In this document: piece by piece, positions 19,660 to 28,754 of the stretch
Position numbering within the stretch: the first letter of the stretch is position 1
Layout of the letters: each line of letters opens with the position of its first letter
Origin: an uncultured Candidatus Saccharibacteria bacterium
GTDB taxonomy: Bacteria; Patescibacteriota; Saccharimonadia; Saccharimonadales; Saccharimonadaceae
NCBI GenBank assembly: GCA_963527295.1
Contig: CAURPR010000001.1
Span: 52,520 to 116,519 of the forward strand
Direction: 5' to 3'
Length of the DNA stretch: 64,000 bases
The notes under the pieces: generated by a model
Told to the model about the DNA's origin: nothing
The model's database searches: none
The model's input: the letters and a program-made list of their open reading frames with translations, nothing else
Made by a program: the position numbers and the translations under genes

Positions 19660-20746
19660 ATTTAGTGTCAGTGAATTTTTGGCGGTTGTCAATCAGTCGC
19701 TAGAGCTGGCCTTTGGCTCGGTGCAGATTGAAGGCGAAGTCAGCTCGTTTAAGGTCAATCATCAAAAATATGTTTTCTTTGATCTAAAAGATGATGACGG
19801 TACGGTCAATTGTTTCATGACAGTGTGGCAGCTGAGAATGCCTATTCATGATGGTATGCGAGTGGTGGTACGGGCAGTGCCGAAGGTGACCGATTGGGGC
19901 AAGTTTAGTTTAACGGTACAGTCAGTGCAGCCAGTGGGCGAAGGAAATTTACGCAAAAGCTTTGAGTTGCTGCGCAAAAAGCTGTCAGACGAAGGGCTGT
20001 TTGATGATGCTCGCAAACGATTATTACCGTCCCGACCGCAGCATGTAGCGGTTATCTCTAGCACCAATTCAGCTGGATACGCTGACTTTATGAAAATCGC
20101 CAATGAACGCTGGGGCGGCGTTCAGTTTAGTGTGGTAAATGTGATGGTGCAGGGCGAAACGGCGGCAGATCAGATCATCAGGGCGGTTGAGAAAATTGAG
20201 AGCTTGGCGGAGCTACCAGAGGTGATTGTGGTGATTCGTGGGGGAGGTAGCGCTGATGATTTGAGTGTGTTCAATGATGAATTGCTAGTGCGAAAACTGG
20301 CGTCCAGCCGAGTGCCGGTACTGACGGGGATTGGTCATGAAATTGACACGACATTGTGTGATCTTGCGGCTGATGTACGAGCGTCAACGCCAAGCAACGC
20401 GGCGCAGTTGCTGCTGCCAGATAAGCAAGAGATGATTCGGTCGATCAAGCACCAGCTTCGTGGCGTGGCGCTACAAACAGTACGAGCGATCGACGAGGAA
20501 TTGGAACTGGTACAGGCGGCGCGCAGCAATGCTCTGGATAGCTGGCGTCAGCACATTGAGGAACTGCTGAGTGATGTACAGTCACGCATCAGGTTGATTA
20601 GTGAATACGATCCAGAATTAGCCCTGGCAAGAGGCTATGCTATGATCAGGGGTAATTGTGCGGTCGGGGAAGTGATTGAAATACAAACTAACAAAGCTTT
20701 GATGAAAGCGAGGATTGAAGCATATGCAGAACGAACCAACGATTAA
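19634..20746 (+). CDS. xseA: Exodeoxyribonuclease VII large subunit
   Basis: N-terminal OB fold (VQIEGEVSSFKVNHQKYVFFDLKDD), catalytic core (VIRGGGSADDL, TGIGHEID). The small subunit follows. Confidence 0.9.
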   Translation: MVSLAVTPKFSVSEFLAVVNQSLELAFGSVQIEGEVSSFKVNHQKYVFFDLKDDDGTVNCFMTVWQLRMPIHDGMRVVVRAVPKVTDWGKFSLTVQSVQPVGEGNLRKSFELLRKKLSDEGLFDDARKRLLPSRPQHVAVISSTNSAGYADFMKIANERWGGVQFSVVNVMVQGETAADQIIRAVEKIESLAELPEVIVVIRGGGSADDLSVFNDELLVRKLASSRVPVLTGIGHEIDTTLCDLAADVRASTPSNAAQLLLPDKQEMIRSIKHQLRGVALQTVRAIDEELELVQAARSNALDSWRQHIEELLSDVQSRIRLISEYDPELALARGYAMIRGNCAVGEVIEIQTNKALMKARIEAYAERTND

Positions 20747-20909
20747 CGAACTATTGGAGCAGCTGGACAAAGAAATGGCGTGGTTTCACAGCGATGAGTT
20801 TCGGCTAGAAGAGGCGCGTGAGCGGTTTCTGGCTGTCAAAAAAGTGGCGGAGCAGGCAGAAGAGCAACTGTTAAATATGAAAAACGAAATTGAAGTGCTG
20901 GGTGAGTAG
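20715..20909 (+). CDS. xseB: Exodeoxyribonuclease VII small subunit
   Basis: Helical protein of about 60 aa (LEEARERFLAVKKVAEQAEEQL) overlapping the xseA 3' end. ATG 20724 is an alternative start. Confidence 0.8.
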   Translation: MKHMQNEPTINELLEQLDKEMAWFHSDEFRLEEARERFLAVKKVAEQAEEQLLNMKNEIEVLGE

Positions 20910-20915
20910 TCCATT

Positions 20916-21452
20916 ATGGAAGTGATAATTATTTGTGGGCTGATACTATTTTTGATATTTGGACTGACGGCGTTCATCGGTGCACCGTATGTGCCGACGC
21001 GACATACTGATATTCAGAAACTGCTGAGGGATGAACTGAAGCTGACTAAAGACGACATCGTGCTGGACGTAGGGTCGGGTGATGGCGCCGTGCTACAAGA
21101 GGTGGCGAAAACTGGCGCTCAGGCCGTTGGCTATGAGATTAACCCATTTTTAGTGCTGGCGTCTCGTTGGCGGCTAAGAAAGCATGCCAAGAACGTGCGC
21201 ATCAAATGGACGAATGCGTGGACGACGCAGCCTGCCAAACACATCACGGTGATATACGCGTTTGGTGCAGGGCTGCATTTGAAGAAAATTTATCAATTGG
21301 CTCGGCAGCAGGCGACCCACCAGGGTAGACCGTTACGATTGGTCAGTTATGGCTATCGGCTAGATACCACGAAGAACGACCGATTACTGAAAGAAGCTGG
21401 TCCGTATTTTCTGTATGAAATACACCCTGACTTTACAGGAGACAAAGCATAA
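20916..21452 (+). CDS. Class I SAM-dependent methyltransferase with N-terminal TM helix
   Basis: Motif I VLDVGSGDGAVL and motif II GYEINP. Confidence 0.7.
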   Translation: MEVIIICGLILFLIFGLTAFIGAPYVPTRHTDIQKLLRDELKLTKDDIVLDVGSGDGAVLQEVAKTGAQAVGYEINPFLVLASRWRLRKHAKNVRIKWTNAWTTQPAKHITVIYAFGAGLHLKKIYQLARQQATHQGRPLRLVSYGYRLDTTKNDRLLKEAGPYFLYEIHPDFTGDKA

Positions 21453-21467
21453 GCTATAATGCAAGAT

Positions 21468-22124
21468 ATGAAAAGAAGACAATTTGAACAGGGGTCAATC
21501 AACGGCTGGATGGTCGGCACGATTGGTTTTTTGGTGTTAACGCTAATCGCTGGAGCTGTAGCAGCTTGGATGTTCGTGGAATACACACGAGAGAAGACTG
21601 GCGTTGACGCAAAGGTTGCCAGCGCGGTTGCCAAAGGTAAAAATGAACAGGCTGAGCTTGACCAGAAGCGATTTTCTGAAGAAGCCAAGAATCCGCGCGT
21701 TGAGTTTGTTGGACCAAATGAATTTGGTCGAGTTTCGTTCATGTATCCAAAGACCTGGAGTGCATATGTTGACCAAGACGGTACTGACCGCGGTGACTAC
21801 AAAGCGTACCTCCACCCAGGTACCGTGCCGCCAGCACGCTCAAACACCAGCCGCTTTGCTGTTCGCTTGGAAGTACTAAACAGCGACTTTGATAAGGTGT
21901 TGAGTCAGTATGCCAACCAGTTGAAGAAGGGTGAATTGACCTCCAGCAGCGTTGAATTTAATGGTAACGCAGCTACTCGCTTGGACGGCGCTTTCTCTAA
22001 AGAATTGCGCGGTTCAGTGGTCTTGATGCGAGTGCGAGACAAAACGATTCGTTTTTCTACTGACGCTGACGTCTTCAAGCCAGATTTTCAAGCAATTCTT
22101 GACACGGTTAAGTTTGTTCAGTAA
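21468..22124 (+). CDS. Membrane-anchored hypothetical protein
   Basis: Single N-terminal TM helix (WMVGTIGFLVLTLIAGAVAAWMF). The track start 21459 lies inside TATAAT 21455-21460, so ATG 21468 is used. Confidence 0.55.
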   Translation: MKRRQFEQGSINGWMVGTIGFLVLTLIAGAVAAWMFVEYTREKTGVDAKVASAVAKGKNEQAELDQKRFSEEAKNPRVEFVGPNEFGRVSFMYPKTWSAYVDQDGTDRGDYKAYLHPGTVPPARSNTSRFAVRLEVLNSDFDKVLSQYANQLKKGELTSSSVEFNGNAATRLDGAFSKELRGSVVLMRVRDKTIRFSTDADVFKPDFQAILDTVKFVQ

Positions 22125-22152
22125 CACGCCAATTGCTATACTGTAAGCAGGT

Positions 22153-22869
22153 ATGGCGGAGGTAAGATGGAATAATGCTGAATTTGGGCAGCTGCCAAGT
22201 GTAGCGGTGGCTGCGCATGAATTGAAGTCTCCGCTGGCACTCATCAGACAGCTCAGTCTGCTGCTGGAAGAAGAATCGTTAGATGAAGCTGAAACGCGTC
22301 GGATTGTCCGGCAATTGTCGAGCATCAGTGATCAATCACTGGCGTTGGTACAAGATCTGGCACAAACGGCTCACTTGTCGCCGACGTTGTTTCCTCTGGA
22401 GCCTATCAATCCATTGGCCTTGTGTCAGCAAATGGCCATGGAATTACACCCGATGTTGCGTTTGTACGGCCAATCTATCGACTGGCCGAAAAAACAGTCG
22501 GCGAAGCATTTGGTGGTGGCAAACAGGGCGTTATTGTCGCGGATTTTAGCTAACTTTTTGAACAATTCGCTCAAATACAGCGAAAAAGATATGCCCATAC
22601 GGGTGACGATTCGCCAAATTGGCTCGACGTTGAGGATCTTGATTCGTGACCACGGCCCGATGATGAGCCGTGCTGATTATGCGCGACTTGTTAGTGAGAT
22701 GGAGCAGCGAAAATCAGTTCGAACACGCCCTGACAGCAGCGGTTTGGGCGTATACGTGGCGTCGCAATTTGCAAAAGCCATGGGCGGAACCATTGGTTTG
22801 ATCAGGCATCGTGACGGACTGACATTCTATGTAGAATTACCCATAAGTCAACAGATGAGTTTGCTATGA
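22153..22869 (+). CDS. Cytoplasmic histidine kinase (HisKA + HATPase_c only)
   Basis: H-box AAHELKSPLA, N-box NFLNNSLKYS, G1 DHGPMM, G2 GLGVYV. No TM or sensor domain (238 aa). Confidence 0.85.
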   Translation: MAEVRWNNAEFGQLPSVAVAAHELKSPLALIRQLSLLLEEESLDEAETRRIVRQLSSISDQSLALVQDLAQTAHLSPTLFPLEPINPLALCQQMAMELHPMLRLYGQSIDWPKKQSAKHLVVANRALLSRILANFLNNSLKYSEKDMPIRVTIRQIGSTLRILIRDHGPMMSRADYARLVSEMEQRKSVRTRPDSSGLGVYVASQFAKAMGGTIGLIRHRDGLTFYVELPISQQMSLL

Positions 22870-23225
22870 AAAAAGTGCTGATTGTTGAGGACGATCCAGT
22901 GTGGGCGAAGCTGATTCGGCGCTATGTTTCAGAGGCTGGCGCTGATTCGCGGGTTGTTATTGCGCCGGGGCAGGCACTGGAAATGATTGATGATTGGCAC
23001 CCAGATGTGTTGATTCTGGATATGTTGCTAGCGAGTGAAACTGGCATGGCGCTGCTGAACGAATTGAAAAGCCATGAGGACTTGGCTAATTTGCCGATCA
23101 TTGTGTGTAGTAACGTTGGCATCACTCGTGACGATATGGAGCCGTTTGGTGTGCGGGCGGTGCTTGACAAATCAACCATGACACCGGCGCAGGTGCGACA
23201 GGCGTTGACGGAGGTGCTACAGTGA
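22866..23225 (+). CDS. Response-regulator receiver protein (no output domain)
   Basis: LIVEDD, LILDMLL (Asp acceptor), and K in LDKS. ATGA overlap with the kinase. Confidence 0.88.
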   Translation: MKKVLIVEDDPVWAKLIRRYVSEAGADSRVVIAPGQALEMIDDWHPDVLILDMLLASETGMALLNELKSHEDLANLPIIVCSNVGITRDDMEPFGVRAVLDKSTMTPAQVRQALTEVLQ

Positions 23226-23899
23226 GTCAAAGTGAGCGCCTGCAAGCTATCGTCCTGAGGAGAACCGACTACGGCGAGGCGGATCGAATTTTACATCTGT
23301 TGACTTCGGCGGGGCGGCGTAACGTGATCGCCAAAGGTGTGCGACGTGAAAAAAGTAAATTGGCAGGCGGTATCGAACTATTTGCGCTGTGCGACGTGGT
23401 GGTGCGACGTGGGCGCGGCGAGCTGGGGATTTTGACCAGTGCGCAGCTGCAGCAATTTTATCGGCATATTCTGGACAGTTATGAGCGGATGCAATTTGGT
23501 TATGAGATGTTGAAATTGGTCAATCGAGCGAGTGAACAGGTCGACGAGCCAGCCTGGTTTTCGGTGGCCCAGCAGGTTTTGGCCCAATTGAATAACGTGA
23601 AGGTTGAGCAAAAACTGATTGAAACCTGGTTTTACTTGCAATACGCTGGACTATTGGGCGATGAGCTGAACCTACGCACTGACGTGGCGGCGCATACCTT
23701 GTCGCCTGACAAGACATATATGTACGACAGTACGGAAAAGGGCTTGCGGCCAGCGGAGCAGGGCGACTTGTCGGCGGACGCCATCAAACTACTTCGGCTC
23801 ATCCAGGCAAAGCCGCTGGCGAATGTGGCGCAAATTGGTGGGATAACTGAGGTGATCAGCGCTTGCTGGCTGGTCGCGCGGCAGCACGCGGCGGTGTAA
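23222..23899 (+). CDS. recO: DNA repair protein RecO
   Basis: N-terminal OB fold (AIVLRRTDYGEADRILHLLT) and typical length. GTG start overlaps the preceding stop. Confidence 0.82.
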   Translation: MSQSERLQAIVLRRTDYGEADRILHLLTSAGRRNVIAKGVRREKSKLAGGIELFALCDVVVRRGRGELGILTSAQLQQFYRHILDSYERMQFGYEMLKLVNRASEQVDEPAWFSVAQQVLAQLNNVKVEQKLIETWFYLQYAGLLGDELNLRTDVAAHTLSPDKTYMYDSTEKGLRPAEQGDLSADAIKLLRLIQAKPLANVAQIGGITEVISACWLVARQHAAV

Positions 23900-23975
23900 T
23901 ATTACCCATAAAATGGTATACTGTAGGTAATAATTGTGAATCGCCATGTTGCCAACATGGAGAAAGGTTTTTTTG

Positions 23976-25400
23976 ATGAGTCAAGCAAAAATGGAAGATA
24001 TTATCAGCCTGTGTAAGCGCCGCGGCTTTATTTATCAGGGGTCGGATGTCTATGGCGGTCTTTCTGGCACCTGGGATTATGGCCCACTGGGCGTGCAACT
24101 GAAGCGTAATATCATGAATTTGTGGTGGCGCCGGTTTGTCGATGAGCGCGACGACATGTACGGCGTGGATGCGGCGATTTTGATGAATCAGAAAGTCTGG
24201 CAGGCGAGTGGGCATGTCGATACGTTTGTCGATCCGCTGTGCGAAGACACGGTCAATCACCGCCGTTTTCGCACCGACCATATTCTCAAGGACAATGGCG
24301 TTGACGCCGATGGCATTACCATGGAGCAGATGGATGCGGTAATTGCGGAAAAAGGCATCAAGAGCCCCGACGGCAATCCGTTGAGTAAATCGCGAACGTT
24401 TAATATGATGTTCAAGACGTTTGTCGGCGCTAGCGGGCAAAACGAGTTGACTATTGGTGAGCCGATGGAGGGTGCTGACGATAAGCGCGGTCTTAATGGC
24501 GCGAAGGCAATTACCTATGATCCACAGTCGATTTCTTATCTTCGTCCCGAAACCGCCCAAGGTATCTTCACTAATTTCAAAAACGTCGTCGATAGTTTCT
24601 ACCCGAACTTACCGTTTGGTATCGCTCAACAGGGCAAGGCCTTTCGCAATGAGATTGCGCCGCGCGACTTCGTCTTTCGCTCTCGGGAGTTTGAGCAGAT
24701 GGAGATTGAATATTTTGTCGATCCTGATCATTGGCAGGAGGCGTTTGATGAATTGCTGGCGGCGACGCATGAGTTTTTGGCGGAACTGGGTTTGAAACCA
24801 GAGCACATTCACGAGCTAGACGTGCCGGCGGAGGATCGGGCGCACTACAGCAAAAAGACGATTGACATTGAGTACGACTATCCAATTGGTCGCGAGGAGT
24901 TGATGGGTATCGCCTATCGGACTGATTTTGACCTGATGAATATCCAGCGCGCCAGTGGCAAGAGTATGGAATATACCGTCAAGGGAACGAACACAAAATT
25001 TGTTCCGCACGTCATCGAACCGTCGTTTGGTGTGGAGCGGGCGCTGATGGCAGTGCTGGCCAGTAGCTACCGCGAGGATGAGCAAAATGGCGAAAAGCGG
25101 GTGTACTTGGCATTGCCAGAGCACTTGGCGCCGGTCAAATTTGCCGTTTCGCCGCTACTGAAAAACAAGCCAGAATTGGTGGGAAAAGCCCGCGAAGTCT
25201 ACGCCCAGCTCGCCAAAGCCAACCCCGGCCGAGTGCTGTGGGACGACAACGGCAACATCGGCAAACGCTACCGCCGCCAAGACGAAATCGGCACCCCGCA
25301 CTGCGTGGTCATCGACTTCCAAACGCTGGAGGACGGCACGGTAACGGTGCGCGAGCGGGATACGACGGAGCAGCGGCGGGTGAAGGTTGAGGAGCTATAG
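23976..25400 (+). CDS. glyQS: Glycine--tRNA ligase (dimeric GlyQS type)
   Basis: MEDIISLCKRRGFIYQGSDVYGGLSGTWDYGPLG, class II motifs (FRNEISPR-like FRNEIAPRDF), and an anticodon-binding C-terminus. Start at 23976 follows a GGAGAAAGG SD. Confidence 0.95.
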   Translation: MSQAKMEDIISLCKRRGFIYQGSDVYGGLSGTWDYGPLGVQLKRNIMNLWWRRFVDERDDMYGVDAAILMNQKVWQASGHVDTFVDPLCEDTVNHRRFRTDHILKDNGVDADGITMEQMDAVIAEKGIKSPDGNPLSKSRTFNMMFKTFVGASGQNELTIGEPMEGADDKRGLNGAKAITYDPQSISYLRPETAQGIFTNFKNVVDSFYPNLPFGIAQQGKAFRNEIAPRDFVFRSREFEQMEIEYFVDPDHWQEAFDELLAATHEFLAELGLKPEHIHELDVPAEDRAHYSKKTIDIEYDYPIGREELMGIAYRTDFDLMNIQRASGKSMEYTVKGTNTKFVPHVIEPSFGVERALMAVLASSYREDEQNGEKRVYLALPEHLAPVKFAVSPLLKNKPELVGKAREVYAQLAKANPGRVLWDDNGNIGKRYRRQDEIGTPHCVVIDFQTLEDGTVTVRERDTTEQRRVKVEEL

Positions 25401-25444
25401 ATACTAGACATGAAAAAGTAAATTGGTTTTGAGGAGCGAAAATA

Positions 25445-26062
25445 TTGACAAAAAATAGACCTGAGTTTGATAAAATTACATCGTTTGATGAGTTTAATAA
25501 ATACTATTGGTATCGTGAAGAACTTTCACAGATATGCAAGTCATTAGGATTAGAATATAAAGGCACAAAACAGGAACTCAATCACATTATTGAGCAGTAC
25601 TTTAAGGGTAATTTGATTAAAAAGTCATCAATAAAAAATGAAAAGAAACGAGTAGAAACTATTACCTTAGATACTCCATTACTTGAATGCGGGTTTTCCT
25701 TTAATACACACTTTAGAGAATATTTCTCAATTTTAACAGATGTCTCACCATTTAAATTTAATGCTGATATGGCCACTGCTTGGAGAAAAGTAAAAAAAGA
25801 AAATGATTTGAGTTTTACCATTCAAGATATGCTAAAAATTTATTATGGGAAATCAGATTATGCCAAGTATGATAATTCGGTTTGTCAATGGAATCAATTT
25901 TTAAAGGATTTTAGTGCAGACGAAAATAGTCGCAACTACTCGAACAAATTAAAAGTAGCTTCTATTCTTTGGAAAGAAGTTAGAAATTCAAAAAATGAAA
26001 AAATTTATTCAAAGAATCTTTTGACTGAATATGCCAGTAAAATAAAAGAGTATCACAATTAG
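25445..26062 (+). CDS. SAP-domain-like hypothetical protein in an AT-rich insert
   Basis: The N-terminus FDEFNKYYWYREELSQICKSLGLEYKGTKQELNHIIEQYF resembles a SAP/DUF-type helix-extended-helix. TTG start follows a GAGGAG SD. The coding sequence is markedly more AT-rich than its flanks. Confidence 0.55.
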   Translation: MTKNRPEFDKITSFDEFNKYYWYREELSQICKSLGLEYKGTKQELNHIIEQYFKGNLIKKSSIKNEKKRVETITLDTPLLECGFSFNTHFREYFSILTDVSPFKFNADMATAWRKVKKENDLSFTIQDMLKIYYGKSDYAKYDNSVCQWNQFLKDFSADENSRNYSNKLKVASILWKEVRNSKNEKIYSKNLLTEYASKIKEYHN

Positions 26063-26181
26063 ATAATCCCCAACGTGTTAACACCCAATGAGTAGTTAAT
26101 CATGGATATTGGAAAGACAGAATATACTGTAGGTGAAATGGTATCAGCTATCTGGCGTTCGGGTGTAGTATAATGACTCTC

Positions 26182-26664
26182 ATGACAAAAATCACCAAAG
26201 GACATATCATTACGCAGAATCTAGATGGAACGGACCATCTGGATTGTTTGTATCGCATCTCGCTCAAAGCATTGATTTATAACGAGGCTGGGCAGATTTT
26301 GGTCGTCAAGGAAATTGATCGGACGTATTGGGATTTGCCTGGTGGTGGCATGGACTTCGGTGAGACGATTGAGTTGTCACTGAAACGCGAGCTATATGAA
26401 GAAGTTGGCTACAAGGGCGGTTTGCGCTATCAGCTTTTTGACGCGTCGGACGAAATGTACATTGAGCGGATTGATGCTAATCAAATCTGTTTTTATTGCC
26501 GCGTCTGGCCAGAGAATTTTGATTTCATACCGGGTGAAGAGGGCGACGAAATAATGTTTATTAACCCTGAGGAGTTGTTGCTCCAGGAAAGTGAGGTTGA
26601 CGCGCCAGCTCGAGCGTATGGGGCGCATATGAAATGGCAAGAAATCAGTGGCTGCATGAAATGA
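26182..26664 (+). CDS. NUDIX hydrolase
   Basis: Nudix box GGGMDFGETIELSLKRELYEEVG. The track start 26173 lies inside TATAAT 26169-26174. Confidence 0.88.
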   Translation: MTKITKGHIITQNLDGTDHLDCLYRISLKALIYNEAGQILVVKEIDRTYWDLPGGGMDFGETIELSLKRELYEEVGYKGGLRYQLFDASDEMYIERIDANQICFYCRVWPENFDFIPGEEGDEIMFINPEELLLQESEVDAPARAYGAHMKWQEISGCMK

Positions 26665-26676
26665 TATAATTACTCC

Positions 26677-27405
26677 ATGACGAAACCGTTTTTACTACTA
26701 CAATCGCGCCCCGAAGTTGAAGCATCAGATGATGAATATCAAGCATTTTTGAAATTTGGTGGGCTGGAGGCTAACCAATTGGTGCGGCTGAGGCTAGAAC
26801 GCGGTGATGAGCCGGCAGTGAATTTGGATGATTATGCTGGGATCATCATGGGCGGTGGTCCGGCTAATTTCGCGTATGACGAAGCGCAAAAATCGCTCGA
26901 GCAGAAGCAATTTGAAAGCTATATCTTGCCGTTGATGCGTCGAATCATTGAGGCAGACGCGCCATTTTTGGGAGCATGTTTAGGTGTTGGCGCGGTGGTG
27001 ACGGCCATGGGTGGACGGATGAGCTTTGAATATCCTGAGGCGGTTGGCACGGTGGATATTGTTGCAACGCGCGAAGGCGAACAGGACGACTTATGTAAAG
27101 ATTTTCCATCAGTTTTCCGCGGTTTTGTCGGACATAAAGAGGGCGTGATTGATCCGCCAAGTGGCTGTACGGTGTTGGCTCGCTCAAGCACGTGTGTGCA
27201 GATGTTGCGTGCCGGCAACAATGTTTACGCCACACAATTTCACCCTGAACTTGATGCTGACGGTCTGGCATTACGCATCAATATCTATAAGCACGCTGGC
27301 TATTTTGCCCCCGAAGAAGCCGACTTATTGATAGCTAACGCCCAGCAGGAAGTTATCATTTGGCCAGAGTTGGTGCTACGGCGGTTTGTGGAGCGATATC
27401 GTTAA
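26677..27405 (+). CDS. Class I glutamine amidotransferase-like protein
   Basis: Nucleophile elbow FLGACLGVG and the TQFHPE His/Glu motif. Confidence 0.85.
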   Translation: MTKPFLLLQSRPEVEASDDEYQAFLKFGGLEANQLVRLRLERGDEPAVNLDDYAGIIMGGGPANFAYDEAQKSLEQKQFESYILPLMRRIIEADAPFLGACLGVGAVVTAMGGRMSFEYPEAVGTVDIVATREGEQDDLCKDFPSVFRGFVGHKEGVIDPPSGCTVLARSSTCVQMLRAGNNVYATQFHPELDADGLALRINIYKHAGYFAPEEADLLIANAQQEVIIWPELVLRRFVERYR

Positions 27406-27433
27406 AAAAGTAAATCTGAGATATAATAAAATC

Positions 27434-27997
27434 ATGCGTATAATTCGTAGCGTTCAAGCCACAAGGTTTCGTCATATTGGGGTATTGCTTGTGCTTTTTC
27501 TCCTTGGTATGATGGCGATGCGGTTCGCGGCTAGTTATGTGTCGTCGGTTGCCGGTGGTGCGGGGATATTTGATCTTAATTTTGGTAATGATGGTATTTA
27601 TGTTCACGATAACCTTTTGGCGCTAGGCGACGCTGGTAGAAACGTCTATCTGTACGCTTTTCTACCTATTGACACCATTTATGCGGCGATATATGCGGTA
27701 TTTTATGTCTATACTTTGGCGTTTTTCCTGCGGTGTACTGTGCCTAATTGGTGGAACCATACTCGATGGCTGGTATTACTTCCTGTTCTAGGTGCTATAT
27801 GTGACTGGCTAGAAAATATGTGTTTTGCTTTCATGCTTATCCAGCCTTCAAGATCCGTAAATCCGTTATTAGTAACAAGCACGTCGCTACTAACTAAAGC
27901 AAAATTTGTCTTGGTGTATTTGTCGTTATCAATTGTGTTAGGGCTAGTACTAGGCTGGTTAGTGTGTTGTGCTCGTGTCAAGCGACGCCAGGAATAG
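27434..27997 (+). CDS. Hypothetical polytopic membrane protein
   Basis: About 5 hydrophobic helices. TATAAT 27422-27427 lies 6 nt before ATG 27434. Confidence 0.55.
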   Translation: MRIIRSVQATRFRHIGVLLVLFLLGMMAMRFAASYVSSVAGGAGIFDLNFGNDGIYVHDNLLALGDAGRNVYLYAFLPIDTIYAAIYAVFYVYTLAFFLRCTVPNWWNHTRWLVLLPVLGAICDWLENMCFAFMLIQPSRSVNPLLVTSTSLLTKAKFVLVYLSLSIVLGLVLGWLVCCARVKRRQE

Positions 27998-28060
27998 TAG
28001 GTGTTTTAGTTTACCTATCGTTAAGCGTACAGCTGGAGCCTTGTGTGCTATAATAACCAT

Positions 28061-28729
28061 ATGCATATTATTCTTGGTGGGACGAGTGGACTTGGCCTGG
28101 AAATGGCGCAGCAGCTCAGGAAAAATGGCAAGCGCGTGCTGGTACTGGGGAAGACGCATAATGCTCAGGAGCACGGCGAGGGATTCCCGTTGGATGTGTA
28201 CTATCCCGAGCAGGTTGAAACAGCGCCAGCGCGGATTGAGCAGATTTTGGGCGGCGACACCATTGAACAATTCGTCTGGGCAGCGGGCTATGGCTGGCGT
28301 GGTAATTTTGAAGATCAGCTGGATGCACGCTCCATGGCTGAGGTGAACTTCGCTGGTGCGTTGCCGTTGGTACAGTGGGCGTGGCGCAAGATGGCCCGTC
28401 AACATCAGAAGTCAGTGTTAACCATCATCGGCTCAACCAGCAGCGTCAAAGCTCGTGCTGACGAAGCTGTCTACGTGGCGACCAAGCATGCTCAAGCAGG
28501 ACTGGCTCGCAGTTTAGGTATGCAGGCTGACGAGCAGAAATTACCCGTGAGAGTTGCACTATTTTTGCCTGGAGCCATGAAAACGCCGTTTTGGAACGGC
28601 CGGGAACTACCAGTTGACTATCTGTTTTTCAATGACCCAGCCAAAGTGGCCGCGCACATCATTAACGCGGTTAATCACCAGCAGCAACCATTCCTTGAAT
28701 GGGCGCTACCAAAGGGTACGTTGACGTAA
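28061..28729 (+). CDS. Short-chain dehydrogenase/reductase (SDR)
   Basis: Cofactor motif GGTSGLG and catalytic YxxxK (YVATKHA). TATAAT lies 6 nt before ATG 28061. Confidence 0.8.
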   Translation: MHIILGGTSGLGLEMAQQLRKNGKRVLVLGKTHNAQEHGEGFPLDVYYPEQVETAPARIEQILGGDTIEQFVWAAGYGWRGNFEDQLDARSMAEVNFAGALPLVQWAWRKMARQHQKSVLTIIGSTSSVKARADEAVYVATKHAQAGLARSLGMQADEQKLPVRVALFLPGAMKTPFWNGRELPVDYLFFNDPAKVAAHIINAVNHQQQPFLEWALPKGTLT

Positions 28730-28754
28730 GTTTTTTTCGTGATATAGTCAAGCT

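Noticed and set aside
23856-24560. 234-aa minus-strand ORF, and similar long antisense ORFs (e.g. 4940-5488, 16979-17281, 44589-45005)
   Set aside because: Each lies antisense to a gene with unambiguous conserved motifs (glyQS, serS, rpmA, ftsQ). They have no start-signal context and are typical shadow ORFs.
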